62,146 nt of DNA from a virus (taxonomy: Duplodnaviria; Caudoviricetes). The DNA lies in the IMG/VR virus record IMGVR_UViG_3300021091_000076, positions 1 to 62,146 of that record; one strand, 5' to 3'. The notes beneath the pieces are model-generated. The model did no database searches, was not told the origin of the DNA, and worked only from the letters and a program-made list of their open reading frames with translations. The position numbers were made by a program, and so were the translations under genes. Positions 38,015 to 47,514 of the stretch are shown here, piece by piece; position 1 is the first letter of the stretch; every line of letters begins with the position of its first letter.

Positions 38015-38698
38015 ATGAATTTGCATTTTATAACTAGCGTATCAAAAAACTATTGGTACGATACAGCACAATATTGTGTTAGAACATGGAATAGTTTTCC
38101 CGGACCAATAACTGTATATGTAGACCAAAAGGATGGAGATTTAGATTGGTTGAAAGATATTCCTTTTCATAAAGAATTATTGTATGTGCCTAACCTAGAC
38201 GCAAGAGTTGCTGATCGAGCTAAGGTAAGAAAATTTTGGGGTAAAGCCTGCGCACAAATTACTGCTCTTAGGAACAGGGGCATGGACGAAAGAATTATAT
38301 GGATTGACGCCGACGTAGAAAATACTTTATCTCCGATGCCGCATCAAATTTTTAATTTTGAATTTGTCGAACCAGTAGCTGTAATGAACTCGGGTGATCG
38401 CGAAGATTGCTGGGAATCTGGGATTGTGATTTTTAATCAAAAAGCAGAAAAATTTGATCGTTTCGTTCGTGCATACGAAAAAGCATGGTTAGATGAGGAT
38501 ACACTATTAGGATTATGGAGACCATATGATGCTCAGGTCCTCGGACATGTATGCACTGAAAGATCATATAGAAATCTATGCCACAGAGATTGTTCTAATA
38601 TAGATGCATTGTCTAATACACATTTTGCTTCTTATTTTAAACATTGGATTAACAAAGACAATAAGAAATTACTGTCGGAAAAAAACAAAGGTAGATAA
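38015..38698 (+). CDS. GT-A-like nucleotide-sugar transferase
   Basis: IIWIDADV and ESGIVIFN motifs. Distant paralogue of 44224..45027. Confidence 0.6.
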   Translation: MNLHFITSVSKNYWYDTAQYCVRTWNSFPGPITVYVDQKDGDLDWLKDIPFHKELLYVPNLDARVADRAKVRKFWGKACAQITALRNRGMDERIIWIDADVENTLSPMPHQIFNFEFVEPVAVMNSGDREDCWESGIVIFNQKAEKFDRFVRAYEKAWLDEDTLLGLWRPYDAQVLGHVCTERSYRNLCHRDCSNIDALSNTHFASYFKHWINKDNKKLLSEKNKGR

Positions 38699-39630
38699 TG
38701 TCAACCGTAGCCGTTTATCACGGATCAATACCCAATAAAAAAAGTCAAGAGAAAATTGATCTCTTATTGAATTTTTCTGAAGGTGTAAAACGCTGCGGAG
38801 AGTTAGTATTTGATTATAATGATCATCATTACAGACCCTCGGATGTAGCTGTTATACAAGGATGGACTGCTCCTGGCGTGCCGGTCAGCAAGCATTTAAT
38901 ATTAAGAAATACTGTTATCCAACAACAATTAAGATTAAAGAAGTATGTAGTTGGTGTTGACAGCAATTTATTTTTATATGCAAATAAGAATAATCCACAA
39001 CATTATCTAAGATATAGTTTTAATGGCATTTTTCCTAATTCCGGAATATATTGCGATACAGAAATTGATCCCAGTCGTTGGAAAAAAATTAGCAAAAATT
39101 TTAATATCTCTTTAAAAGAATATCGTAACACTGGCGGTCATATATTGTTATGTTTACAAAGAAATGGTGGTTGGAGCATGGATGGATTCGATGTGCAAGA
39201 TTGGGCTAATGATGTTATAGATCGAATTAAAAAATATACTGATCGTCCTATAATCATAAGACCCCATCCCGGTGACAAAGATGCTATGAATTATCTTAAT
39301 CACAGGATGCCTCGTTGCAAGATAAAATTTAGTAAGCGTGTGCTGTTGAGTTACAATGAAAATTTAGTTGATGATTTAAATGATTGCTGGGCTGCAATTA
39401 ATTATAATTCTAGTCCGGTAGTGGGGGCTGCTATCGAGGGCGTGCCTATTTTCGTTACAGATCCAATAAGAAGTCAATGTGCAGAAATCGCTAACACTGA
39501 TCTTACTCAAATAGAAAATCCATTGTTGCCAGATAGACAGGCTTGGGTTGAACGGCTATCGATGTTTCATTGGAACTTTGATGAGCTAAAAAGCGGAGAG
39601 TGCTGGCAGCATATGAAAAAATTTATTTAA
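38698..39630 (+). CDS. GT-B-like protein (KpsS-like), paralogue 2
   Basis: ILLCLQ, IIIRPHP, NYNSSPVVGAAIEGVP and FHWNFDELKSG motifs. Confidence 0.62.
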   Translation: MSTVAVYHGSIPNKKSQEKIDLLLNFSEGVKRCGELVFDYNDHHYRPSDVAVIQGWTAPGVPVSKHLILRNTVIQQQLRLKKYVVGVDSNLFLYANKNNPQHYLRYSFNGIFPNSGIYCDTEIDPSRWKKISKNFNISLKEYRNTGGHILLCLQRNGGWSMDGFDVQDWANDVIDRIKKYTDRPIIIRPHPGDKDAMNYLNHRMPRCKIKFSKRVLLSYNENLVDDLNDCWAAINYNSSPVVGAAIEGVPIFVTDPIRSQCAEIANTDLTQIENPLLPDRQAWVERLSMFHWNFDELKSGECWQHMKKFI

Positions 39631-39631
39631 A

Positions 39632-40429
39632 ATGTTACAAATTTTAGAAAAAGATTACCAAGAAGGTATTAGATGGTTTGAAAATTGGAATGGCTTAAAT
39701 AGGGTAGATAGCCACGAATCTGTAAATGCTAATGTTCCTATTATAATAGGAGCAGATCTTCTTCGACCAGAAGTTAGAAACTTTTTAAATCTCAATCAAC
39801 CGGGCATTTATATAGCAAGAGGATACCTAGGAAATCATATACGTAAAACAAGATGGTGGTGGAGATATAGTATAAATTCATGGGCTAATACCAAGATACT
39901 AGATATCCCATATTCGAGATGGGATCTATTGAATTTAGAAAGACATCCTTGGAAAGTCAAAGAAGTAAAACGTGTATTAATCGCTCCTAGTAAGATGACA
40001 CAGCCTATATGGGATCCATCTAGCGGTTGGGGATGGGCTGAATATATGTCTACTCGATTTCCAGGAGCCGATGTTAAAATTAGATACAAGAAAGGCAAAT
40101 CAGGACTAAGATGGGAATCCTTATTCAAAGATTTAGATTGGGCAGATCTAGTTGTAGCACAAGGATCTGCCATAACAGCTGAGGCATTCTGGTACGGAAA
40201 AAAGGTCATTAGTCTAGGACCATGCACGACATGGGCTGCTGAGAAAAATACACTTAAAGATTGGAAAAATCCTAAAGAACCGGAATTAAGAGATTCTTGG
40301 CATGAACATCTTGCATGGTCGCAATTCACAGAAGAAGAATGGAAATCTCAAGAAGCACTACAGCTTATTGAAAAATATATAGGATCAATATTAGATTACG
40401 GTATTAGACACAATTACAAATTTAATTAG
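39632..40429 (+). CDS. GT-B-like protein, paralogue 3
   Basis: VLIAPS, VVAQGSAITAEAFWYG and LAWSQFTEEE motifs. Confidence 0.55.
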   Translation: MLQILEKDYQEGIRWFENWNGLNRVDSHESVNANVPIIIGADLLRPEVRNFLNLNQPGIYIARGYLGNHIRKTRWWWRYSINSWANTKILDIPYSRWDLLNLERHPWKVKEVKRVLIAPSKMTQPIWDPSSGWGWAEYMSTRFPGADVKIRYKKGKSGLRWESLFKDLDWADLVVAQGSAITAEAFWYGKKVISLGPCTTWAAEKNTLKDWKNPKEPELRDSWHEHLAWSQFTEEEWKSQEALQLIEKYIGSILDYGIRHNYKFN

Positions 40430-41435
40430 TTTTTCCTAATTTCAATAAAATTTTAAGTTCGTTATCTTTGTAATTATTTTTAGAAACTTGATCAAAGATC
40501 CACTGGTATGTTATTTCTAATCCAGTTTTTAATGGCTGTTTGTAATCCCAACCTAACTTATTTCTAATTAATGTATTATCAGAGTTACGACCTCTAACTC
40601 CTTCAGGACCAGATATATTTTTAATAGTTAATTTTTTTCCTGAAATATCTATAACCATCTGAGCTAATTGATTAATGCTGACCATTTCTTCGCTGCCTAT
40701 GTTAACTGGACCGGAGAAATCGCTGTTCATTAATCTAATAGTAGCTTCCACACATTCGTCGATAAACAAGAAGGATCGAGTTTGTTTTCCGTCACCCCAT
40801 ACTTCTATATATGTTCCGTCCACAGCTTCAGCGACTTTCCTACACATAGCAGCAGGAGCTTTTTCTCTTCCTCCTGCCCATGTTCCCTGAGGTCCGAATA
40901 TATTATGGTACCTAGCCACTCGAACTTGAATTCGGTAATTCCTCATTAATGCCAAAAATAATCTTTCACTAAAAAGTTTTTCCCATCCGTATTCGCTATC
41001 GGGCGCAGCAGGATATGCACTTTCTTCCGAACATAAAGGATTGTCGGGATCTTCTTGATTATAAGCAGGATACATACAGGCACTAGAGCTATAAAAAACC
41101 TTTTTAATTTGTTTAGCAACAATTTGCTCGACCACATTTAAATTAATAGTAGCCGAATTATGCATAATGTCAGCATCGTGCTCACCGGTAAAGATATAAC
41201 CTGCCCCGCCCATATCTGCTGCTAATTGGTATATTTCATCTATGTCGGTTGTAATAATATTTCTACAAATTTCTTGTTCTCTTAAATCTCCAATTATAAA
41301 TTCGTCTGCTGAAGTCGAGCTAAACTCTGGATGTTTTAGATCAACTCCTCTAACCCAATTACCTTCTGCTTTGAGACGTTTAACTAAATGAGATCCAATA
41401 AATCCACCGGCCCCTAACACTAAAATTTTTTTCAT
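40422..41435 (-). CDS. GDP-mannose 3,5-epimerase-like SDR
   Basis: GAGGFIG, LAADMGGAG, YSSSACMYP, YGWEK, GGREKAPAAMCRK and GPEGVRGRNSDN motifs. Confidence 0.88.
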   Translation of the reverse strand: MKKILVLGAGGFIGSHLVKRLKAEGNWVRGVDLKHPEFSSTSADEFIIGDLREQEICRNIITTDIDEIYQLAADMGGAGYIFTGEHDADIMHNSATINLNVVEQIVAKQIKKVFYSSSACMYPAYNQEDPDNPLCSEESAYPAAPDSEYGWEKLFSERLFLALMRNYRIQVRVARYHNIFGPQGTWAGGREKAPAAMCRKVAEAVDGTYIEVWGDGKQTRSFLFIDECVEATIRLMNSDFSGPVNIGSEEMVSINQLAQMVIDISGKKLTIKNISGPEGVRGRNSDNTLIRNKLGWDYKQPLKTGLEITYQWIFDQVSKNNYKDNELKILLKLGKTN

Positions 41436-42275
41436 TCACATCTCCATAAATTTTACTATTTCTCTAATACCATCCTTTAATTTGATTTCTGGTTTCCAAT
41501 AATTTAAAATATAGGGGTCGGCCTCATTTTTTGTTCCCATTTGCACAGCATCAAATGCTCTAGACGGAACAACATCTGTGCCCGGAAAATTTGAAGCAAC
41601 AATCTTCGCTACATCTATTATACTAGTCCATTCAAAACTTGTTACATGGTATTCCTTGTCTCTCGGCAACTCATTGTATTTTGTAGATAAAATATAAAGA
41701 CATTTTGAACAATCGGTAGCATGAAGAAATTGTCGTACTTCTTTGCCATCTGTCATCATATCTATTACTTTAGTATTTTTTGCCTTTAATACGAAATCTG
41801 TAACTGCGTGAAATTTTTCCGGATTAGTTTCGGGACCATATACATTCCAAAATTTAACTGTGATGCCATTAAGAGATGCAGCTATTCGTTCTCCAATGTT
41901 TTTTGTAACACCGTAAGAAGAAAATCCCATATTTGCCATTTGACTAGATGCAAATAAAAACGGTTTATTATATTTTTTAATTAAGTCAAATGTATTACTT
42001 ACTATTTTAATATTATTTTGAATAAAATCAAAACTGTCTTGATTTTTGTTTAGGTATCTCGATCCTCCAACATCCCATGCCAAGAAAAAAACAAAATCAC
42101 AGTCGACCATATATTGATCCAACTTTTTATTATTTGAAATTCTTAAGTCCTCATCTTCATTATCTTCAATGTCGAAAGTAATCACTTTGTGTCCGATTTC
42201 TTTAAGGTATTCGCAAAGAGGAACACCTACTTGTCCTGCAGATCCTAAAACCAGATATGTATTATTGTTTTTCAT
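41436..42275 (-). CDS. NAD-dependent epimerase/reductase
   Basis: GSAGQVG, FLAWDVGG, YGVTK, NVYGP and RQFLHATD motifs. Confidence 0.85.
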   Translation of the reverse strand: MKNNNTYLVLGSAGQVGVPLCEYLKEIGHKVITFDIEDNEDEDLRISNNKKLDQYMVDCDFVFFLAWDVGGSRYLNKNQDSFDFIQNNIKIVSNTFDLIKKYNKPFLFASSQMANMGFSSYGVTKNIGERIAASLNGITVKFWNVYGPETNPEKFHAVTDFVLKAKNTKVIDMMTDGKEVRQFLHATDCSKCLYILSTKYNELPRDKEYHVTSFEWTSIIDVAKIVASNFPGTDVVPSRAFDAVQMGTKNEADPYILNYWKPEIKLKDGIREIVKFMEM

Positions 42276-42276
42276 A

Positions 42277-42873
42277 TTAATATTTACTTGAATATTTTTT
42301 CCGCAAAATTGTTAGTCCGTTATTACTAGGTATTGTAGAAAATTCCCAAAAGTTGGGATTTAATTCTGCTACAGCTCTATAAGGACCACCATTGGCCCAT
42401 TGAGGAGAACATGTCGTAAGATCTACATGGTAATAAGGACACGTATTTCCATACATAAGATCATGTAGCAATACAACACTTCCTGGTCTAACTAGTTGGT
42501 CTATATATTCCAATTCTTGTTTGACATGCTCGTATGAGTGCCAATCGTCAACATAAATCAAATCATATTTTTCTTTTTGATTGGCTTTTTCCTGTAATAT
42601 CTCTAATGCATTTGCTTTTTTAAATGTCCAATATTTTTCAAATTCTTTAGGGCATTTGAATGTTGTTTCTTCAAGGTCTATAGATTCTAATTTTCCATTA
42701 GTAATATCGCATGCCATTAATAATGGCAATGTGGTTGATCCGTGCCTAACACCTAATTCTAAAATATTTTTGGCATTAATAGAAAGTGCAATAGAATATA
42801 AAGTAAGAAGATGTTTATCGCTATCCCCTATACCTTCTATGACAGTATTAACTAGTTGTTCCAAGTATTTCAT
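42277..42873 (-). CDS. Class I SAM methyltransferase (Methyltransf_24-like)
   Basis: ILELGVRHGST, DLIYVDDWHSYE and VLLHD motifs. Confidence 0.85.
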   Translation of the reverse strand: MKYLEQLVNTVIEGIGDSDKHLLTLYSIALSINAKNILELGVRHGSTTLPLLMACDITNGKLESIDLEETTFKCPKEFEKYWTFKKANALEILQEKANQKEKYDLIYVDDWHSYEHVKQELEYIDQLVRPGSVVLLHDLMYGNTCPYYHVDLTTCSPQWANGGPYRAVAELNPNFWEFSTIPSNNGLTILRKKYSSKY

Positions 42874-43544
42874 TTCAATTTTTCCATATCTTTTAAAAAT
42901 TCTGTTTCCATGTATAGCCTATAACTTTCTGCATCTTTACCGTAGTTTGAATCGACAATACTGCTTATTTCGTCTTTTTCTATGTGCGAGTGCTTACTGT
43001 AATGGTAATGTTTTATCATTACATCTTCAAATTTATAATATGTATCTAAATGAGTCGCCATAGCCCGCCAAAAATTATCGGCCCACAAAGACCTAAGACA
43101 GGGAGGCGCAAACCATCCCAACCTTCGAATTATATTCGAATCAATTACAGGAATAGAAATAAATTTTCTTTTGTCTACTCCGTCTTTGGCATGCACTATT
43201 CCTGTGCTTCCTAATTCATTTAGTTTTTTTATAAATCTTTTTTCATAGTTCTTTGTTTCAAAAACAATATCATCTTCCATAAAACCAATATATCGATATG
43301 TTGTAGAATATTTTACAGCAATATAATTAAGTAAATTTAGAAAAGATCCGTGAATAGGTTCGTTAATTTCCCAGATTAATTCAGTGTATTTTTGTTTCAT
43401 CTCATCATAACTTGTATCATCGGTATCAATAGCTATCAATAAATCTGAATATTCTTCAGTAGTATTGAGCCATGAAGTTATTAATTTTTGTAATCTTTCA
43501 GGACGTTTTCTTGACGGACATATCCATAATATTTTATCTTTCAT
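42870..43544 (-). CDS. GT2-like glycosyltransferase
   Basis: PSRKRP, IDTDD, FMEDD, WADN and IKHYH motifs. Confidence 0.72.
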   Translation of the reverse strand: MKDKILWICPSRKRPERLQKLITSWLNTTEEYSDLLIAIDTDDTSYDEMKQKYTELIWEINEPIHGSFLNLLNYIAVKYSTTYRYIGFMEDDIVFETKNYEKRFIKKLNELGSTGIVHAKDGVDKRKFISIPVIDSNIIRRLGWFAPPCLRSLWADNFWRAMATHLDTYYKFEDVMIKHYHYSKHSHIEKDEISSIVDSNYGKDAESYRLYMETEFLKDMEKLK

Positions 43545-44227
43545 TTATATGTTTCCCAAAAGGTTGTTCTTGTTAAACTTCTTTTACCGTCCTTTTTCAC
43601 CATTGCGATTCCCATAACATAATTATGAATCTGGATTCTAACATGATGTTGGTTGATGGCATTGTCTGCAGGTAAAAAGGTTTTAGAATATGCTTCTACA
43701 AGTTTTTTAGCAGCATGTGGTTTTATAGCATATCCGCAATTTCCAGGCATAGAGCTTTGATGGTAATTTTCTGCCGTTGGATCACCTTCCGGAGTTTCTA
43801 AATAGTGCATATACTTTCCGCTTTTTGTAGGATGTCCTAATGCCAATACTAGTACATCTTCCCAATCTATAGGAATATATTTTCTTGTTAATTTTATGTC
43901 ATCTTCCCAAATTATTATGGGTTCATCTAAATCAACACATTTTTGCCATAATCGATAGTGACTATAAAAACATCCTCGTACTCCCGGAGTAAAAGATTTC
44001 GGATTTTCTTTTTCCAAATCTACGGACGGATCAACTTTGTCTGGACCTTTTATACCCCACGGATGCAATTTTCTGTTTTCTTCTTCCATTAATCTAACAG
44101 CATCGTGGCCATATGTTCCTTCGAATAGTTCTACTTCTTCGCCGTATTCTTCTAATTTATTTTTTAGATCAATTGCCGTTTTTAACGATGCTTCAATCTT
44201 TGAAAGACAGATAATAAAGTTTTTCAT
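43541..44227 (-). CDS. GT25-like glycosyltransferase
   Basis: GCFYSHYRLWQKC, IIWEDD, GYAIKPHAAKKL and PAD motifs. Confidence 0.82.
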   Translation of the reverse strand: MKNFIICLSKIEASLKTAIDLKNKLEEYGEEVELFEGTYGHDAVRLMEEENRKLHPWGIKGPDKVDPSVDLEKENPKSFTPGVRGCFYSHYRLWQKCVDLDEPIIIWEDDIKLTRKYIPIDWEDVLVLALGHPTKSGKYMHYLETPEGDPTAENYHQSSMPGNCGYAIKPHAAKKLVEAYSKTFLPADNAINQHHVRIQIHNYVMGIAMVKKDGKRSLTRTTFWETYK

Positions 44228-45027
44228 TGCCAGTAACTTTCAGTTCTTTTTATTTTCAAATCGTTGACCTTACTACGGCCTAAATTTTTCCTGTCGCCTT
44301 TGAGGTGATCTAAATACGCCCCCCATTCGCTGTTGATCAGAGGATGACCTTCACCTTTAATTATGTTTTGACTCCAGTTGTATTCTTGTAATTTAAATTT
44401 TTTTCTAACAGCATCGAATACAAAACTGTCATGCCATTCGGCCAAAGTAAAAATTCCATATTCAGCGTCATCGTACATTCGTTGGAATTCTCTTATAAAA
44501 GATTGTACACACGGAGATCGCAAATTCAATGAATATAATCCACATTCTGAATATTTTCCTTCCCTCCCCAAATAACCTATATCTATATGAGGCGGACAAA
44601 ATTTTTCTATTGTTTTTAATTGGATAGGACTGTGACAAACAGTATCGGCATCCATCCAGAATAGTACATCTGCCTCACTTTTTCTTGCACAATCAAAAAT
44701 AGCATAAACTTTATGTGCGAATCTTACAGCATCCCACTTAAATCCTTTTCCAGCATCCTTGCGTTTAGATCTTATTGGATCATCGGTTACATTGCCGTTG
44801 GCTTTATTGACATTTTTCCAAATATTTTTAAATTCTGTCAATTCTTTTACGCTATCTAAATCTGTCAATGTAATTCTAGAGTGATCGGGTACTCTGGGAT
44901 TGCATTTTTCTGGATAAACATTAAGAATAATTTCTTCAGGCCAGTTTTTTACAAAAGTATCGATCATTCGCTGACCGTATTGTTTCAATCCCTGTTCATG
45001 GAAGGTAGTTACCACTTCTATTTTCAT
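44224..45027 (-). CDS. GT-A-like nucleotide-sugar transferase
   Basis: RFAHKVYA, WMDADT, SECG, EWHDSFVFD and DHLKG motifs. Confidence 0.7.
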   Translation of the reverse strand: MKIEVVTTFHEQGLKQYGQRMIDTFVKNWPEEIILNVYPEKCNPRVPDHSRITLTDLDSVKELTEFKNIWKNVNKANGNVTDDPIRSKRKDAGKGFKWDAVRFAHKVYAIFDCARKSEADVLFWMDADTVCHSPIQLKTIEKFCPPHIDIGYLGREGKYSECGLYSLNLRSPCVQSFIREFQRMYDDAEYGIFTLAEWHDSFVFDAVRKKFKLQEYNWSQNIIKGEGHPLINSEWGAYLDHLKGDRKNLGRSKVNDLKIKRTESYWQ

Positions 45028-45419
45028 TGTATTTTCCAAATATGCCAATTTTTTCCGATTTCTATTATTTGAAATCTTTCCTTTCTTAAAAATTTATTAA
45101 ATTCCATCGAAGTTGAGGGATCTCCCTCAACTATCAGTAGACACTGTATCCTTTTCCACAACGGCCTTAACTCAGGGATCAAATGTACTAGGTCTTTATC
45201 AATAAAAACGAAATCTATGTCATATAACGCATGTATCGATTCTAAATCTTCTCTATAAATTAAATTTTTTCGCCTAAGTGTTTCATCTTTAGGAAAAGTT
45301 AAAAAAATTGTAGAAGTATTTTCCAATAAATCTTCCATGTTTCCAAATGCAGATCCCAGCACAAGACCATTTCGGTAATGTTTGTTGACTTTTTTTATTC
45401 GTTTTGAAAATTTCCCCAT
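45024..45419 (-). CDS. Hypothetical protein, possibly a degenerate methyltransferase fold
   Basis: LVLGSAFG and IDFVFID. First gene of the minus-strand glycosylation arm. Confidence 0.55.
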   Translation of the reverse strand: MGKFSKRIKKVNKHYRNGLVLGSAFGNMEDLLENTSTIFLTFPKDETLRRKNLIYREDLESIHALYDIDFVFIDKDLVHLIPELRPLWKRIQCLLIVEGDPSTSMEFNKFLRKERFQIIEIGKNWHIWKIQ

Positions 45420-45429
45420 GATTTGCAAT

Positions 45430-45447
45430 TAAATACTCATATATTTA
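45430..45447. promoter_or_regulatory. Face-to-face late boxes serving the two divergent glycosylation units
   Basis: TAAATA (+, 45430-45435) and TATTTA (-, 45442-45447). Confidence 0.6.
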
Positions 45448-45456
45448 GTGAAGGTT

Positions 45457-46284
45457 ATGCGCTTCAAATTACATCAAGAACACGGTGCTTTAAACAGTCC
45501 TCCTATTTTTGCCGCAGTGGCGCAAGGGTTGCGAAATTCTGGCCACGAAGTGGTAAATTCTGAACAAGACATTGATGTCATATGGTCAGTTTTATGGCAC
45601 GGACGAATGAAAGGTAATCAGCAGGTGTATCAACAGGCAAAAAAACAAGGCCGGCCTGTAATGATCATAGAAGTAGGAAATATTTTTAGAAACATAACAT
45701 GGAGAATCAGTTTCAACCACATAAACGGACTTGGAAATTTTGGAAATTATGAAAATCTTGATCCAGACCGGCCAAAAAAGTTAGGTGTTGAATTGAAGCC
45801 TTTATTAAAAACTCGCCGTAGAGAAATTTTAATTGCATGTCAGCATGAACACAGTCTTCAATGGGAGGGAAATCCTCGCATGGCACATTGGGTCGAGAAC
45901 AAGGTGCAGGAAATTCAAAATTACACCGATATTCCAATAGCGGTAAGACCACATCCTCGATCACAATTTTCAATAAATGTCAAAAATGTTCGAATCGATC
46001 AACCTAAACAAATACCCAATACCTACGATGACTATAATTTTGATTACAATTATCATTGTATTGTAAATCATAACAGCGGTCCGGGAATTCGAGCCGCTCT
46101 AAGCGGTGTACCGATCATTGTTGATCAGAGTAGTTTGGCCTATCCGGTCGGTGATTCGATGCAAAATATAGAAAATCCCCACTTACAAGATAGACAAGAT
46201 TGGTTTATAAAATTAGTTCATTCAGAATGGACAGTGGACGAAATTTCTAAAGGAATACCGATAAAGAGAATTCTAAAAATTTAG
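45457..46284 (+). CDS. GT-B-like protein (KpsS-like), paralogue 4
   Basis: ILIACQ, AVRPHPR, VNHNSGPGIRAALSGVP and SEWTVDEISKG motifs. Confidence 0.62.
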   Translation: MRFKLHQEHGALNSPPIFAAVAQGLRNSGHEVVNSEQDIDVIWSVLWHGRMKGNQQVYQQAKKQGRPVMIIEVGNIFRNITWRISFNHINGLGNFGNYENLDPDRPKKLGVELKPLLKTRRREILIACQHEHSLQWEGNPRMAHWVENKVQEIQNYTDIPIAVRPHPRSQFSINVKNVRIDQPKQIPNTYDDYNFDYNYHCIVNHNSGPGIRAALSGVPIIVDQSSLAYPVGDSMQNIENPHLQDRQDWFIKLVHSEWTVDEISKGIPIKRILKI

Positions 46285-46291
46285 AATTTTC

Positions 46292-46320
46292 TTGACATTT
46301 AGGTCAAATACCTATATTAT
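46292..46320 (+). promoter_or_regulatory. sigma70-type promoter, leaderless spacing
   Basis: TTGACA-17 nt-TATTAT-6 nt-ATG(46327). Confidence 0.8.
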
Positions 46321-46326
46321 ATTACT

Positions 46327-47514
46327 ATGACCCGATCTGTTTATATCGAAGACGTATTTTGTGAATTTTTTGATCTTTGTACAAGTAACAGTAATGTTAT
46401 GACCAGTCACGAGTTAAACACATGTCAAAGTTTTAATTATCAATTAATCAATAAAAATCAATTAACTCAAAATCAAGGTAATTTTATTCTTAAAATTTTG
46501 TCAAAGTATAGGGTGCCTGTTAAGAAATTAGGTCTAGACTATGATGAGGCATTGCTAAATCCTGTATGGAAACACAATTTTAGAGTAATTGATCTTTCTA
46601 AGAAAATATATGTGGAAAAAAATGAGGAAAGTATCGGCATCTGCATGAAATTTCCATATTCTCTTAAGAAAGATTTTGATTCAGAAATAGAAAATATAGG
46701 AGGCGGCCGGTTCAGTCAATGGGATCATGATCGGAAGTTACGAATTTTGAACGCCTACAACTATAATCTCATACAACTTTATGAATTTTGCCAAAAAAAT
46801 GCTTTTGAAATAGACGATTCGTTTCTGTCATTGATCAGTGAAGTTGAGGAAATATGGCAAAATCAAGAACACATTGTTACGCATGGAGTCATAAACGAAA
46901 ATTACGTTGTCTTAAAAAATGCTCCAGACAGCACATTAGAATTTTGGGAAAAAACTAAGAAAAACTCACTTTTACAAGACATGTTTTTGGCTAAGACAAT
47001 GGGTTATCCGGTGATGATTAATAAGACCGATAAAACTTTGTTAGAAAATATCTGTTCATCGAAAGAAAAGTTCTTCTGGTTTAAATCATTAGATGACTTC
47101 TTTTCTGTACATATGGATCTGGGTGGTATTTCGGCGGTATTATTAGATAGAAATACTAAAGATGTGGTAGAATGGCTCAAACATTTTATAGAGGTCAGTG
47201 ATCGATTCGTTTCTAGAGATGACGTGAAAGTTTGTTTTAGAGAAGACAGCGATAATAAATCTGTTTTAAATTATTGGATCAAAAGCAATGGCCTTGGCGG
47301 CAAGGTAGAGAATGGAAAAATCTTAATTTTTCACCACAAACCCCCCAAGTGGTTGTTTTCTAAGATTATAGATGTTAAAATTATATTAACAAATAGTTAC
47401 ACTCCGCATGCCGAGCCGATAACTTCTTCGTGGGTACATTCTCACCCATGCGTGTGTTATACTGGAGATGTTAAACCGACTGCGCCAAGGAAGTCAAAAA
47501 TTGTCAAATTGTAA
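46327..47514 (+). CDS. Hypothetical protein
   Basis: 395-aa ORF coupled to uvsW. Confidence 0.7.
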   Translation: MTRSVYIEDVFCEFFDLCTSNSNVMTSHELNTCQSFNYQLINKNQLTQNQGNFILKILSKYRVPVKKLGLDYDEALLNPVWKHNFRVIDLSKKIYVEKNEESIGICMKFPYSLKKDFDSEIENIGGGRFSQWDHDRKLRILNAYNYNLIQLYEFCQKNAFEIDDSFLSLISEVEEIWQNQEHIVTHGVINENYVVLKNAPDSTLEFWEKTKKNSLLQDMFLAKTMGYPVMINKTDKTLLENICSSKEKFFWFKSLDDFFSVHMDLGGISAVLLDRNTKDVVEWLKHFIEVSDRFVSRDDVKVCFREDSDNKSVLNYWIKSNGLGGKVENGKILIFHHKPPKWLFSKIIDVKIILTNSYTPHAEPITSSWVHSHPCVCYTGDVKPTAPRKSKIVKL

